Shown: positions 10,082 to 18,694, counted from the stretch's first letter. The stretch: 21,101 nucleotides of DNA from Nautiliaceae bacterium (GCA_027038555.1 JALVVX010000025.1:91054-112154), one strand, 5' to 3'. Notes: generated by a model not told the origin, from the sequence alone. Translations and numbers: made by a program.

Positions 10082-11331
10082 TTCAATCCTTTTTTAGACG
10101 ATATTTTAACACAAATTCATTAATTGTAGCAATTATTTTATCAATTCCCATATATTTGGAATATTTTAATTTTGAGTTAATTTTTATTAACACTTTTTTT
10201 GTAATTTTAGGCTTTTTTTTGTTTTTTCATTCAAAACATTCATTTTTTCAAACAGGATTTTTTCTTGGAATTTTTCTATTTTACTGGATAGGCCTTAGTT
10301 TTAGATATTATAATCTCACTTGGCTTATCCCTTTTATCGTTTTATTTTTAGGAATTGGTTACGGACTCATTTTTTGGCTGTTAAATAAAATTTTTAACCT
10401 TTTTAAATTCTCCATTCTTGATTTTAAATTCTCAATTTTATTATGGATTTTGTTTTTAACTTTCGGATTTGATTACATTCGACCATTTACATTTGACTGG
10501 TTTAAACCTGAAATTTTTATTGTAAATACATATTTTGGGCTTAGTAAGGTAGCAATTTTACTCTTTTTCACAGGAGTTTATTTATTAAAAAACAAAAAGT
10601 TTTTGAGTTTAATACTATTATCTTTTTCAATATTTTTATATTTTTATCAAAAACCAAACATAAAAATGCCTAAACTTAAAATTAAAGTCGCATCAACCTT
10701 TGTATCTCAGGAGAAAAAATGGCAAAAAAGTTATATTCCTGTTGAAATAAAGCAAAATTTCGAAATTATCAGTAATGCAATAAAAGAAAAAAATGATGTT
10801 GTTATTTTACCTGAGAGCGCTTTTCCTCTCTTTTTAAACCTCCATCCCGATTTAATGCAAAAACTTCTTAATCTTTCATCAAAAATCACAATAGTAACAG
10901 GCGCCCTTCATTATAAAAACAAAAATTTTTACAATTCCACCTATATCTTTGAAAACTCCAAAGTAACAATTCTTGATAAACACGTTTTAGTGCCGTTTGG
11001 AGAATATATACCGCTTCCTTTTTTCCAAAAAGAGATAAATAAAATTTTCTTTGCAGGGGCAAGCGATTATAAAACTTCAAAAAATTTTGGAATATTTAAT
11101 ATAAGAAATTACAAATTCATAAATGCCATATGTTACGAGGCCACATTGGAAGAGTTATATAGGTTAAAACCTGATTATATAATTGCTCTTAGCAACGACG
11201 CATGGTTTATGCCATCAATTATGCCAATAATTCAAAAAAGACTCATAAAAGCATACGCATACAGACATAAAAAGGTGGTGTTTCATTCTATTAACGGTTA
11301 TAATAGTTATATAATCAAATGGAGTAAATAA
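10024..11331 (+). CDS. lnt: Apolipoprotein N-acyltransferase (N-terminal polytopic membrane domain plus C-terminal nitrilase/CN-hydrolase domain); start codon uncertain
   Basis: F/L-rich TM region, then a CN-hydrolase domain (ILPESAFP...; NAICYEATLEE with the catalytic Cys; LSNDAWF). The ATG at 10024 lies antisense inside yajC, and its first ~19 codons (MTQEHLVVPEH...) look non-native. The true start is probably a non-ATG codon between 10120 and 10160 (ATT 10123, TTG 10156). Confidence 0.8.
   Translation: MTQEHLVVPEHSQQHIKNSFQSFFRRYFNTNSLIVAIILSIPIYLEYFNFELIFINTFFVILGFFLFFHSKHSFFQTGFFLGIFLFYWIGLSFRYYNLTWLIPFIVLFLGIGYGLIFWLLNKIFNLFKFSILDFKFSILLWILFLTFGFDYIRPFTFDWFKPEIFIVNTYFGLSKVAILLFFTGVYLLKNKKFLSLILLSFSIFLYFYQKPNIKMPKLKIKVASTFVSQEKKWQKSYIPVEIKQNFEIISNAIKEKNDVVILPESAFPLFLNLHPDLMQKLLNLSSKITIVTGALHYKNKNFYNSTYIFENSKVTILDKHVLVPFGEYIPLPFFQKEINKIFFAGASDYKTSKNFGIFNIRNYKFINAICYEATLEELYRLKPDYIIALSNDAWFMPSIMPIIQKRLIKAYAYRHKKVVFHSINGYNSYIIKWSK
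10100..10115 (-). promoter_or_regulatory. Candidate extended -10 promoter for yajC-secDF (minus-strand TGTGTTAAAAT, ~20 nt upstream of the yajC RBS)
   Basis: Reverse complement of 10103-10113 reads TGTGTTAAAAT, which fits the TGnTAnAAT pattern. This is pattern recognition only. Confidence 0.3.
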
Positions 11332-11332
11332 A

Positions 11333-12085
11333 ATGAATATTTTTATTTCGGCAAACAACACCAATTGCGGTAAAACATACGCAACACTCAAACTCATAAA
11401 AAAATTTTCCCAAATGGGCTACAAAGTTGGTGTAATGAAACCGATAGAAACGGGTATTGACAAATACCCTGTTGATGGAAATACACTCTTTGAAGAAGCG
11501 AAAAAACACAATCCCGCTTTGAGCTCATTGAATTTGAACGATATTGTTCCCATCCAGTTCAAACTTCCGGCAGCTCCTTATGTGGCGGGAACTGCCGATT
11601 TAAAAAAAATTCAATCTGCATATAAAAAAATAAAACCGCTTTGCGATATTTTACTTATAGAAGGAGCGGGCGGTATAAGGGTGCCTGTAAGAAGGAAGAA
11701 GGAAGAAGAGAAAAGTGAAAAATGGAGAGTGGAGAGTGGAGAATTCCAAGTTCCAGGTTTCAAGTTCCAGGTTCCGAGTTCCAGGTTTCAGGTTTCAGGT
11801 TCCAAAAGAATGGAAAATGAAAACAGAGATTGGATAGAAATGTGGGAACTTTCAAAATTTTTTGATGCAAAACTGTTATTGGTAATAAGCTCGAAACTTG
11901 GAATGATAAATGATTTTTTACTGAATAAATATTTTCTTGATTCAAAGAATATGGATTATTTATGGGCTGTAAATATTTTTGATGAAAGCTATTTCAAAAT
12001 CACACATCCTTTTTTAAAACAATTTGACCCTTTAATTTTACAAAAAGATTTGGATAAAATAGCTAAAAAACTATTAGGAGAATAA
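11333..12085 (+). CDS. bioD: Dethiobiotin synthetase with a ~40-aa low-complexity insertion
   Basis: 250 aa. P-loop NTNCGKTYATL, MKPIETG, IEGAGG and downstream LLLVISSKLGMINDFL all match BioD. The spacing between GAGG and the LLLVIS strand is ~66 aa, against ~23 aa in E. coli BioD. The ATG is 1 nt after the lnt stop. Confidence 0.85.
   Translation: MNIFISANNTNCGKTYATLKLIKKFSQMGYKVGVMKPIETGIDKYPVDGNTLFEEAKKHNPALSSLNLNDIVPIQFKLPAAPYVAGTADLKKIQSAYKKIKPLCDILLIEGAGGIRVPVRRKKEEEKSEKWRVESGEFQVPGFKFQVPSSRFQVSGSKRMENENRDWIEMWELSKFFDAKLLLVISSKLGMINDFLLNKYFLDSKNMDYLWAVNIFDESYFKITHPFLKQFDPLILQKDLDKIAKKLLGE
11691..11806 (+). repeat. Heptanucleotide-periodic tandem tract inside bioD: ~8 purine-rich heptads (GAAGGAA / AGAGTGG type, 11691-11746) abutting 9 heptads of TTYCRRG (TTCCAGG type, 11744-11806), centred on GAATTC
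   Basis: Heptad units written out by hand: ttccaag ttccagg tttcaag ttccagg ttccgag ttccagg tttcagg tttcagg ttccaaa (63 nt, in frame). They encode EFQVPGFKFQVPSSRFQVSGSK. The upstream heptads encode RRKKEEEKSEKWRVESGE. Confidence 0.75.
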
Positions 12086-12481
12086 ATGGAGAAAATTGAA
12101 CTTAAAACACACTTGAAATTCAATCCGAAATTCGGAAGACTTATAGAAATCACTGAAGAAGGGGCAAAAGTTTTACTTGAAACGACTCCTGATATGGCTG
12201 TGGATGAAGAAGGCCTGGTTCACGGCGGATTTACATTCGGAGCGGCGGATTTTTGTGCAATGGCTACGGTAAACGAACCTTATGTAGTGCTTGTCAAAGC
12301 TACAAACTGCGAATTTATGGCACCTGTTAAGGTTGGTGACAAAGTTGAATTTACAGGTGAAATATTAATGAAAGAAAAAAGAAAAGTGGAAGTAAAAGTA
12401 ATCGGTACTTTAAATGAAATAAAAGTATTCGAAGGGCTTTTTAGCTGTGTGGTATTAGATAATCATGTATTAAAGAGATAG
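12086..12481 (+). CDS. Hotdog-fold acyl-CoA/acyl-ACP thioesterase (PaaI/4HBT class II-like)
   Basis: 131 aa. Conserved GLVHGGFTFGAADF motif of the PaaI/THEM2 thioesterase family. The ATG immediately follows the bioD TAA (TAAATG). Confidence 0.75.
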   Translation: MEKIELKTHLKFNPKFGRLIEITEEGAKVLLETTPDMAVDEEGLVHGGFTFGAADFCAMATVNEPYVVLVKATNCEFMAPVKVGDKVEFTGEILMKEKRKVEVKVIGTLNEIKVFEGLFSCVVLDNHVLKR

Positions 12482-12483
12482 AA

Positions 12484-13875
12484 TTATCTTCTTCCTCTTC
12501 TACTGTTTCTGCCTGAATATCTTCTGTTTCTGTTGTTTCTTCCGCCTCTATCGTTTTGTTTTTTACTTCTTTCAATAAGTCTTTTTGCTTCATTGATAGA
12601 TTTTCCGATTTTTTCTTTTCCGTCCGCTTCTTTATTAAAGAGCATATGAGCGAATTTTGTAGCAATTGTCAGTAAATCATACTCATTTTGAAGCTCTTCA
12701 ACTATTGAAATGGCTTTATCATTAGGCTCAACTGTTGAGAGTTTTTCAATAATTTTTTGAATTTCACTGCTTTTTACATCTTCGAGTGTTGGAATTTCTT
12801 TAAGCACTATTTTTGAAATTTTTTGAATTCTGCTAAGAGCTCTAAATTCATGAGGGGTTACAAGTGAAATCGCCATTCCCTCTTTCCCGGCTCTTCCCGT
12901 TCTTCCGATTCTGTGTACATAACTTTCAGGATCAAGCGGCAGGTGGTAGTTAAATACATGGGTTACATTATTTACATCAAGTCCTCTTGCCGCAACATCT
13001 GTTGCTACGAGAATTTCGATTTTATCGTTTTTAAATCCCCTTATTACTTCTTCTCTTCTTCTTTGGTCCATATCCCCATGAAGTCCTTTTGCATCAAACC
13101 CGGCTCCACTTAAAAAGTCTGCGATATCGTCAACATCTTTTTTGGTTCTACAAAATACGATTGATTTGCTTGGATTTTTATAATCAATAAGTCTGATTAA
13201 AGCGTCTTTTCTTTCATTTTCATCAATAACATAAAAATATTCTTTGATGTTTTCGTTTGTTACCTGTTTTTTGGTAATTGTAATAAATTCAGGGTTTTTA
13301 AGAATTGTTTTTGCGAGCTCTTTAATAGGTGCCGGCATTGTAGCACTAAAAAGCAGTGTCTGTCTGTCACTTGGTACAAATTTGAATATTTCTTTAATAT
13401 CATCCAAAAACCCCATATCAAGCATCTCATCGGCTTCATCTAAAATAACATATTTAGGAGCAATATCAATTCTCCCGCTTTTAAGCAAATCCAAAAGTCT
13501 TCCGGGAGTCGCCACGATAAATTCGGAATTTTCTATATGCTTAATTTGTCTTGCATAAGAACTTCCGCCATATACAGTAGCAGTATGAATTCCAAGATAT
13601 TTACCGAATCTAAAAATCTCTTCGCTTACCTGAATGGCAAGTTCACGCGTAGGAGTTATTACAAGCGCTTTTTCGCCTTTTTGCATTTTACTCAAAATAG
13701 GAAGTCCGAACGCCGCTGTTTTACCTGTACCTGTTTGTGCCTGAGCGACAACGTCTCTTCCTTCTAAAATTACAGGTATGGCTTTTTCTTGTATTGGTGA
13801 AGGTTTTTCAAAACCTATCTCTTCTAATCTTCTTAATATCTCTTTTTTTAAATTAAATTCGTTAAAATTCATCAA
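12484..13875 (-). CDS. DEAD-box ATP-dependent RNA helicase (RhpA/DeaD-like) with an RG-rich C-terminal tail
   Basis: 463 aa. Q motif (F..L...L......GF..PSPIQ), motif I AQTGTGKT, PTRELA, DEAD (LDEADEML), SAT, HRIGRTGRAG. Basic tail RGGRNNRNRRYSGRNSRRGRR. Confidence 0.93.
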   Translation of the reverse strand: MMNFNEFNLKKEILRRLEEIGFEKPSPIQEKAIPVILEGRDVVAQAQTGTGKTAAFGLPILSKMQKGEKALVITPTRELAIQVSEEIFRFGKYLGIHTATVYGGSSYARQIKHIENSEFIVATPGRLLDLLKSGRIDIAPKYVILDEADEMLDMGFLDDIKEIFKFVPSDRQTLLFSATMPAPIKELAKTILKNPEFITITKKQVTNENIKEYFYVIDENERKDALIRLIDYKNPSKSIVFCRTKKDVDDIADFLSGAGFDAKGLHGDMDQRRREEVIRGFKNDKIEILVATDVAARGLDVNNVTHVFNYHLPLDPESYVHRIGRTGRAGKEGMAISLVTPHEFRALSRIQKISKIVLKEIPTLEDVKSSEIQKIIEKLSTVEPNDKAISIVEELQNEYDLLTIATKFAHMLFNKEADGKEKIGKSINEAKRLIERSKKQNDRGGRNNRNRRYSGRNSRRGRR

Positions 13876-13904
13876 TTTCCTTTTTGTTGTTTATATTTTT
13901 ATTT

Positions 13905-14459
13905 TTAATGACAGTAAAGTTTATAATTAAGGTAAGTATTTTTAAAATAAGGAGGATAAGGAATAATTGCCGTAAAAAACTTAATTTCACCAGGTCTAAG
14001 ACCGTCTGTAATTATATATCTTGTAGCTTTTATTACATTTGGTCTTTGTTTTTTTTCTTTGCTTCCGAAAATGCTAAGACCTCCTGGTTTAAAAAAAGTC
14101 CCCTTAGGAAACTTTCCTCCACCCCATCCGTTATTTACCAGCTTAATATCAAGCTTACAGTAATTAATTTTAAATTTACCAATATTTTTAACTTTACCTT
14201 TTAAAACTAATGTCTCGTTGATAAGCACTCTTCTTTGCGAAACACCGAGCAATTCAGCTTTTTTAGTATACTTTTCAAGTATTATAAGACCCAAAACAGC
14301 TCCAAATGCCGTTATTAAAAAAGAAGCAAATATCATACTAAGCAGCAGTTTTGCACTGTTTTTTGCAGCTTTAACGGAAAGAATCGTTAAAAATATAAAT
14401 AAAATTAAAAAAAATGCGATGTCAAGCCAGTGAAGAAGGGTAAAATAAGGAATTCTCAT
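13905..14459 (-). CDS. Membrane protein of unknown function: two N-terminal TM helices plus a beta-rich C-terminal domain, possibly a DUF2393-type epsilonproteobacterial family
   Basis: 184 aa. Two hydrophobic helices (residues ~13-62), then a soluble domain with a [10 protein letters not shown] motif. ATGA overlap with the hisIE stop. The family name is from memory and carries low confidence. Confidence 0.6.
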   Translation of the reverse strand: MRIPYFTLLHWLDIAFFLILFIFLTILSVKAAKNSAKLLLSMIFASFLITAFGAVLGLIILEKYTKKAELLGVSQRRVLINETLVLKGKVKNIGKFKINYCKLDIKLVNNGWGGGKFPKGTFFKPGGLSIFGSKEKKQRPNVIKATRYIITDGLRPGEIKFFTAIIPYPPYFKNTYLNYKLYCH

Positions 14460-15148
14460 TTATTCTTCCTGTTTTTTTTCTCTTCTATACCGCTTACACC
14501 TTCTCTTCTTTTAAGTTCTTCTAAAATAGCTTCGGGATGGATGTTTTTATATGCCAAAGCTATAAGAGTATGAAACGCAAGATCTGCGGCTTCATATATA
14601 ATCTCTTTTTTATCATTATCTTTAACGGCAAAACAAAACTCCGCAGCTTCTTCGGCTATCTTTTTAAGAAATGAATTTTCACCTTTATGGAAAAGCGAAG
14701 AAACATATGAAGTTTCAGGATTTGCATTTTTCCTATCAAGCAGAGTATGATAGAGCTTATCTAAGAAATTATACTCAATTTCTTCCTCTTTGTCCATAGT
14801 AATTTCGTTTGTTTTAAGATTTGTAAAAAAGCATGATTTTCTGCCTGTATGACACGCAGGCCCGTTTTGTTTGACTTTAAGTAAAATCGTATCATTGTCA
14901 CAATCAATTAATATATCTTTAACTTCTTGTGTATTACCGCTACTTTCACCTTTTTTCCAGAGTTTGTTTCTGCTTCTTGAAAAATAATGGGCATACCCGG
15001 TATCCATTGTTTTTTGTAAAGCCTCTTCATTCATATATGCAAGCATCAACACTTCATTACTATCAATATCCTGAACGATAACGGGGACAATCCCCCCGTT
15101 TTTTTCGAAATCCACTTTAATTTCCGTATTCATTTTGTTACTTTCCAT
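14456..15148 (-). CDS. hisIE: Bifunctional phosphoribosyl-AMP cyclohydrolase / phosphoribosyl-ATP pyrophosphatase
   Basis: 230 aa. N-terminal HisI signature (the [26 protein letters not shown] cysteine cluster) and C-terminal HisE MazG-like EE motif (EEAAEFCFA...[10 protein letters not shown]). Confidence 0.9.
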   Translation of the reverse strand: MESNKMNTEIKVDFEKNGGIVPVIVQDIDSNEVLMLAYMNEEALQKTMDTGYAHYFSRSRNKLWKKGESSGNTQEVKDILIDCDNDTILLKVKQNGPACHTGRKSCFFTNLKTNEITMDKEEEIEYNFLDKLYHTLLDRKNANPETSYVSSLFHKGENSFLKKIAEEAAEFCFAVKDNDKKEIIYEAADLAFHTLIALAYKNIHPEAILEELKRREGVSGIEEKKNRKNK

Positions 15149-16199
15149 TTATTGAAACAGCCTTTTTTTCATTATCGACATTCATCCAGATATTTGGAGT
15201 TACACCTCCTGGCATTAAGAAAATTTTAGCATTTGGATTTTGTTTAAGCGCTTCGTTAAATTTACCTTGAACTTCAATTTGTTTAAGTTTTAAAAGTTCG
15301 GTTGTAAGCGAATGCGAAATAAGCTCGTTAGCTTTTGCCTGTGCCTGGGCTTCTATAAGTTTAGCTTCCGCTTTACCCTGTGCTTCTATTTTTGCCGCAT
15401 TTGCTTTACCCTGAGCAATGGCCGCTTCTTTTTGAGCTTCTTGCTCGGCTCTTAATACTTCATATTTTGCCCTTTCGGCTTCCTGTTTGGCAATCTGCAC
15501 TCTTTCAATCTGTCTTTTTATATTTTCAGGAAGTACAATATCTCTTAACTGAAAACTTTCAAATATCACAGGCTGATTAGGTATTTTTTTAAGCTCGGCC
15601 CTTATTGAATTTTCTATTTTTGCCGCTATTTCGTTTCTTTTTACCGGTATTTCTTCTGCTGGATATTTACCTATCACATTTCTTACAACATCTCTTACAA
15701 TAGGGTTTATAATCTTATCTTCCCAGTTAAGCCCGTATGTTTTAATTACATAAGCCGCTTTATCCGGATTTAGTCTGTAACTGACCGAAAGTTCAACCTG
15801 AATAGGAAGACCCCTTGAATCAAGAACATTAATTGCCGGATAAATCCTTATAGTCCTGTATCTATCAGGCATTGAACCAACTTCTGGTGAGCGCTTGTAA
15901 GTTATCATATGAACTTTGGTATCTACAACTATAACTTTTTGAATAAGCGGCACATAAAAATGCATTCCCGGTTTTAGAGGTTCTTTTGAAAATTTGCCCG
16001 TTGTTGATAAAATTCCCACTTCTCCTTCGTTTATAACAACCCACGGTTTAAAAAGAATTAAAAAAAATATCAAAATTCCCGCTATTATTATTCCCGTTCC
16101 TCCGCTTTTTAAAAATTTAGGAGGCTCGAACTTAGGGGGTTCGAATTTGTTATCGTTATTGTTGTTTTTATTGTTCCATCCGTTTAAATCCGCCGGCAT
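15138..16199 (-). CDS. SPFH/band-7 (prohibitin/HflK-like) membrane protein
   Basis: 353 aa. N-terminal N/K-rich region with a KFEPP duplication, a single TM helix ([14 protein letters not shown]), an SPFH domain, then an A/Q/K/E-rich coiled-coil tail ([38 protein letters not shown]). Overlaps the hisIE start by 11 nt. Confidence 0.85.
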   Translation of the reverse strand: MPADLNGWNNKNNNNDNKFEPPKFEPPKFLKSGGTGIIIAGILIFFLILFKPWVVINEGEVGILSTTGKFSKEPLKPGMHFYVPLIQKVIVVDTKVHMITYKRSPEVGSMPDRYRTIRIYPAINVLDSRGLPIQVELSVSYRLNPDKAAYVIKTYGLNWEDKIINPIVRDVVRNVIGKYPAEEIPVKRNEIAAKIENSIRAELKKIPNQPVIFESFQLRDIVLPENIKRQIERVQIAKQEAERAKYEVLRAEQEAQKEAAIAQGKANAAKIEAQGKAEAKLIEAQAQAKANELISHSLTTELLKLKQIEVQGKFNEALKQNPNAKIFLMPGGVTPNIWMNVDNEKKAVSINGK

Positions 16200-16235
16200 T
16201 AAAATCCTTTTTTATACTACTCTATCCGAGTTTGA

Positions 16236-17150
16236 TTAAATATATGTTAAATAGTGCTTGTATGATTTGTCTCTTCCGTAAACAACATCAAAATATGCAT
16301 CTTGAAGCTCTTTTGTAATTTCACCTCTTTTTCCATCTCCTATTATTCTTCCGTCAACCTCTCTAACCGGTGTAATTTCAGCAGCAGTTCCTGTAAAAAA
16401 CGCTTCATCCGCAATATATACTTCATCTCTTGTAATTCTTCTTCTCTCAACCGGAATATCCCTCTCACGTGCAAGTTCAAGCACAGTTGATTGAGTAATT
16501 GATTCGAGTGAATTGTCATTTGGAGGGGTTATTAAAACGCCGTCTCTTACTATAAAAAAGCACTCACCGCTTCCCTCAGCAATAAATCCTTCATCATCAA
16601 GCATCAACGCTTCTTCGTATCCACACTCAACAGCTTCATATTTTGCCATTTGAGAATTTAGATAATTCGCCACTGCTTTTGCTTTGCCAAAAGTTGATTT
16701 TACCGGATTTCTTGCAATTGAAGAGACTTTTACTCTAATACCTTTTTCAAGTCCTTCTTCACCAAGATAAGCTCCCCACTCCCATGCGGCAATACTTACA
16801 TGCACAGGCGCACCTATATGGTAAAGTCCCATTTTACCGTATCCAAGATAAATTAAAGGTCTTATATAAACGTTCCCTTTAAAATCGTTTTTTCTTAAAA
16901 GCTCAATTTGAGCTTCTTCAAGTTCTTCTTGGGTAAAAGGTACGTCAAGTTTTAAGATTTTAGCTGAATTTAAAAGCCTTTTTGTATGGTCTTGAAGTCT
17001 AAAAATTGCAAGCCCATCATCAGTCTGATAAGCTCTTGTCCCTTCAAAAGCACCGTTTCCATAATGGAGTGTATGTGTTAAAACATGAACTTTTGCCTCA
17101 TTCCAAGGAACAAAATTGCCGTCCATCCATATATATTTCGCTTCGTTCAT
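16236..17150 (-). CDS. ilvE: Branched-chain-amino-acid aminotransferase (PLP fold type IV)
   Basis: 304 aa. Typical IlvE motifs (HYGNGAFEGTRAY, the catalytic-Lys region, EAFFTGTAAEITPV). Confidence 0.9.
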   Translation of the reverse strand: MNEAKYIWMDGNFVPWNEAKVHVLTHTLHYGNGAFEGTRAYQTDDGLAIFRLQDHTKRLLNSAKILKLDVPFTQEELEEAQIELLRKNDFKGNVYIRPLIYLGYGKMGLYHIGAPVHVSIAAWEWGAYLGEEGLEKGIRVKVSSIARNPVKSTFGKAKAVANYLNSQMAKYEAVECGYEEALMLDDEGFIAEGSGECFFIVRDGVLITPPNDNSLESITQSTVLELARERDIPVERRRITRDEVYIADEAFFTGTAAEITPVREVDGRIIGDGKRGEITKELQDAYFDVVYGRDKSYKHYLTYI

Positions 17151-17235
17151 TTTTTTCCTTTAAGGTTTTTACGAAATTCTATCAAAAATTTGTTATCATT
17201 ACTAATATAATACTATATAACTGCAAGGAGAAAAG
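17151..17235. promoter_or_regulatory. Divergent promoter region between ilvE (-) and the aldehyde dehydrogenase gene (+). Candidate -10 TATAAT at 17205-17210 and RBS AAGGAG at 17225-17230 for the plus-strand gene.
   Basis: Hexamer recognition by eye in an 85-bp AT-rich divergent spacer. Confidence 0.3.
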
Positions 17236-18693
17236 ATGGGGTTATTGTCAAAAATTTTTCATACCAAGAAAAAAGAAGAATTAATTGCAAAAAAATTAAT
17301 AGGAAATAAAGAATTTGAAGGAGAACTTGTAGAAGTTATAAATCCATATACAAAAAAAGCCGAAACAAAATATGTAAAATGCACTCCCGAAGATGCGGTT
17401 GATGCACTAAATACGGCAAAAAAAGCATTTAACAACACAAAAAACTCTCCACTTCATCAAAGAATAGCGTGGATTGAAGATGTTGCAAAAAAACTAGAAG
17501 CAAAAAAAGACGAATTTGCCAGATATATAACACTTGAAGTTGCAAAACCTATAAGCCAGGCAAAAGTTGAAGTACAAAGATGTATTGAAAATCTTAAAAT
17601 CTGTGCCGCAGAAGGTTATCATATCTTAGGAGAGACTATTCCCACCGATGCAACTAAAAGCGGGGCAAAGACGGTAAGTTTTTATAAAAGAGTCCCAGCG
17701 GGAGTTGTTGTGGCTATTACACCTTTTAATTTCCCTTTAAACCTTGTAGCGCATAAAATCGCTCCGGCATTGATTGCAGGAAACAGCGTTGTGCTAAAAC
17801 CAACTCCCGAAGCCCCTTACAGCGCATATGCTTTTGCAAAACTCTTTATTGAAAGTGAATATGCAATTCCTGATGCCCTAAGCGTAGTTTATGGGGATGC
17901 GGATGTAGGAAGCACACTGGTTAAAAATCCGATTCCAAGAGTTATCAGTTTTACGGGAAGTGTGCCTGTTGGTAAAATAATTACACAAAATGCCGGAATT
18001 AAAAAAGTGGCTCTTGAACTTGGCGGAAATGCCGCTACTTTTGTAGAAAGTACGGCTGATTTGGACTGGGCGGCTCAAAGATGTGCAATAGGTGCGTTTG
18101 CAAACAGTGGACAAGTGTGTATTTCACTTCAAAGAATATATGTAGATGAAAAAATTTACGAAGAATTTGCCGAAAAACTAGGAAGTGAAGCATCAAAACT
18201 AAAAGTCGGAAATCCGTTTGAAGAAGATACTTTTATGGGACCGCTTATTAATGAAGATGCGGCGATTAGGGCTGAGAGCTGGATTCAAAGCGCCGTAAAA
18301 GAAGGGGCAAGAATTATTGCAGGAGGTAAAAGAGAAGGAAATATACTTGAACCTACAATTTTAGCCGATGTAACTGATGATATGAAAATAATATGCGAAG
18401 AAGTGTTTGCACCTATTGTGTCATTGGTAAAAGTCAAAAGTTATGAAGAGGCGGTTGAAAAAATGAATAATTCACCTTATGGACTTCAATATTCAATATT
18501 TACAAACAGAGTTGATTTAACAAAAAAAGCAATTGACGACTTTGAAGCAGGCGGTGTTATCATAAATGACATTCCAACCCTTAGATTTGATATTCAACCA
18601 TACGGCGGTATTAAACTCTCAGGAATAGGAAGAGAAGGTCCAAGATATACAATTGAAGAAATGACGGAAATAAAAACAGTAATTATCAGATAA
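17236..18693 (+). CDS. NAD(P)+-dependent aldehyde dehydrogenase (ALDH superfamily; lactaldehyde / succinate-semialdehyde / GapN-like)
   Basis: 485 aa. ALDH Glu-box (LELGGNA), catalytic Cys (GQVCIS), NAD-binding GSVPVGK. Confidence 0.9.
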   Translation: MGLLSKIFHTKKKEELIAKKLIGNKEFEGELVEVINPYTKKAETKYVKCTPEDAVDALNTAKKAFNNTKNSPLHQRIAWIEDVAKKLEAKKDEFARYITLEVAKPISQAKVEVQRCIENLKICAAEGYHILGETIPTDATKSGAKTVSFYKRVPAGVVVAITPFNFPLNLVAHKIAPALIAGNSVVLKPTPEAPYSAYAFAKLFIESEYAIPDALSVVYGDADVGSTLVKNPIPRVISFTGSVPVGKIITQNAGIKKVALELGGNAATFVESTADLDWAAQRCAIGAFANSGQVCISLQRIYVDEKIYEEFAEKLGSEASKLKVGNPFEEDTFMGPLINEDAAIRAESWIQSAVKEGARIIAGGKREGNILEPTILADVTDDMKIICEEVFAPIVSLVKVKSYEEAVEKMNNSPYGLQYSIFTNRVDLTKKAIDDFEAGGVIINDIPTLRFDIQPYGGIKLSGIGREGPRYTIEEMTEIKTVIIR

Positions 18694-18694
18694 T

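Noticed and set aside
11691-11806. Heptad tract considered as a CRISPR-like or MITE-like element
   Set aside because: The repeat unit is only 7 nt and tandem, with no spacers, no terminal inverted repeats and no target-site duplication. It is in frame within bioD. This makes it a minisatellite, not a CRISPR array or transposon.
10886-11945. Short minus-strand ORFs (10886..11080, 11215..11397, 11315..11509, 11760..11945) inside lnt and bioD
   Set aside because: They are antisense to conserved domains. The last one is simply the reverse reading of the heptad repeat tract.
12441-12665. 74-aa minus-strand ORF overlapping the helicase C-terminus in another frame
   Set aside because: It is an alternative frame of the real DEAD-box helicase tail. 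The helicase frame carries the conserved motifs.
15138-16199. SPFH protein as part of an antiphage or defence module
   Set aside because: Its neighbours are hisIE, ilvE and an RNA helicase. There is no protease/NfeD partner, nuclease, ATPase or other defence-type neighbour. The context is housekeeping.
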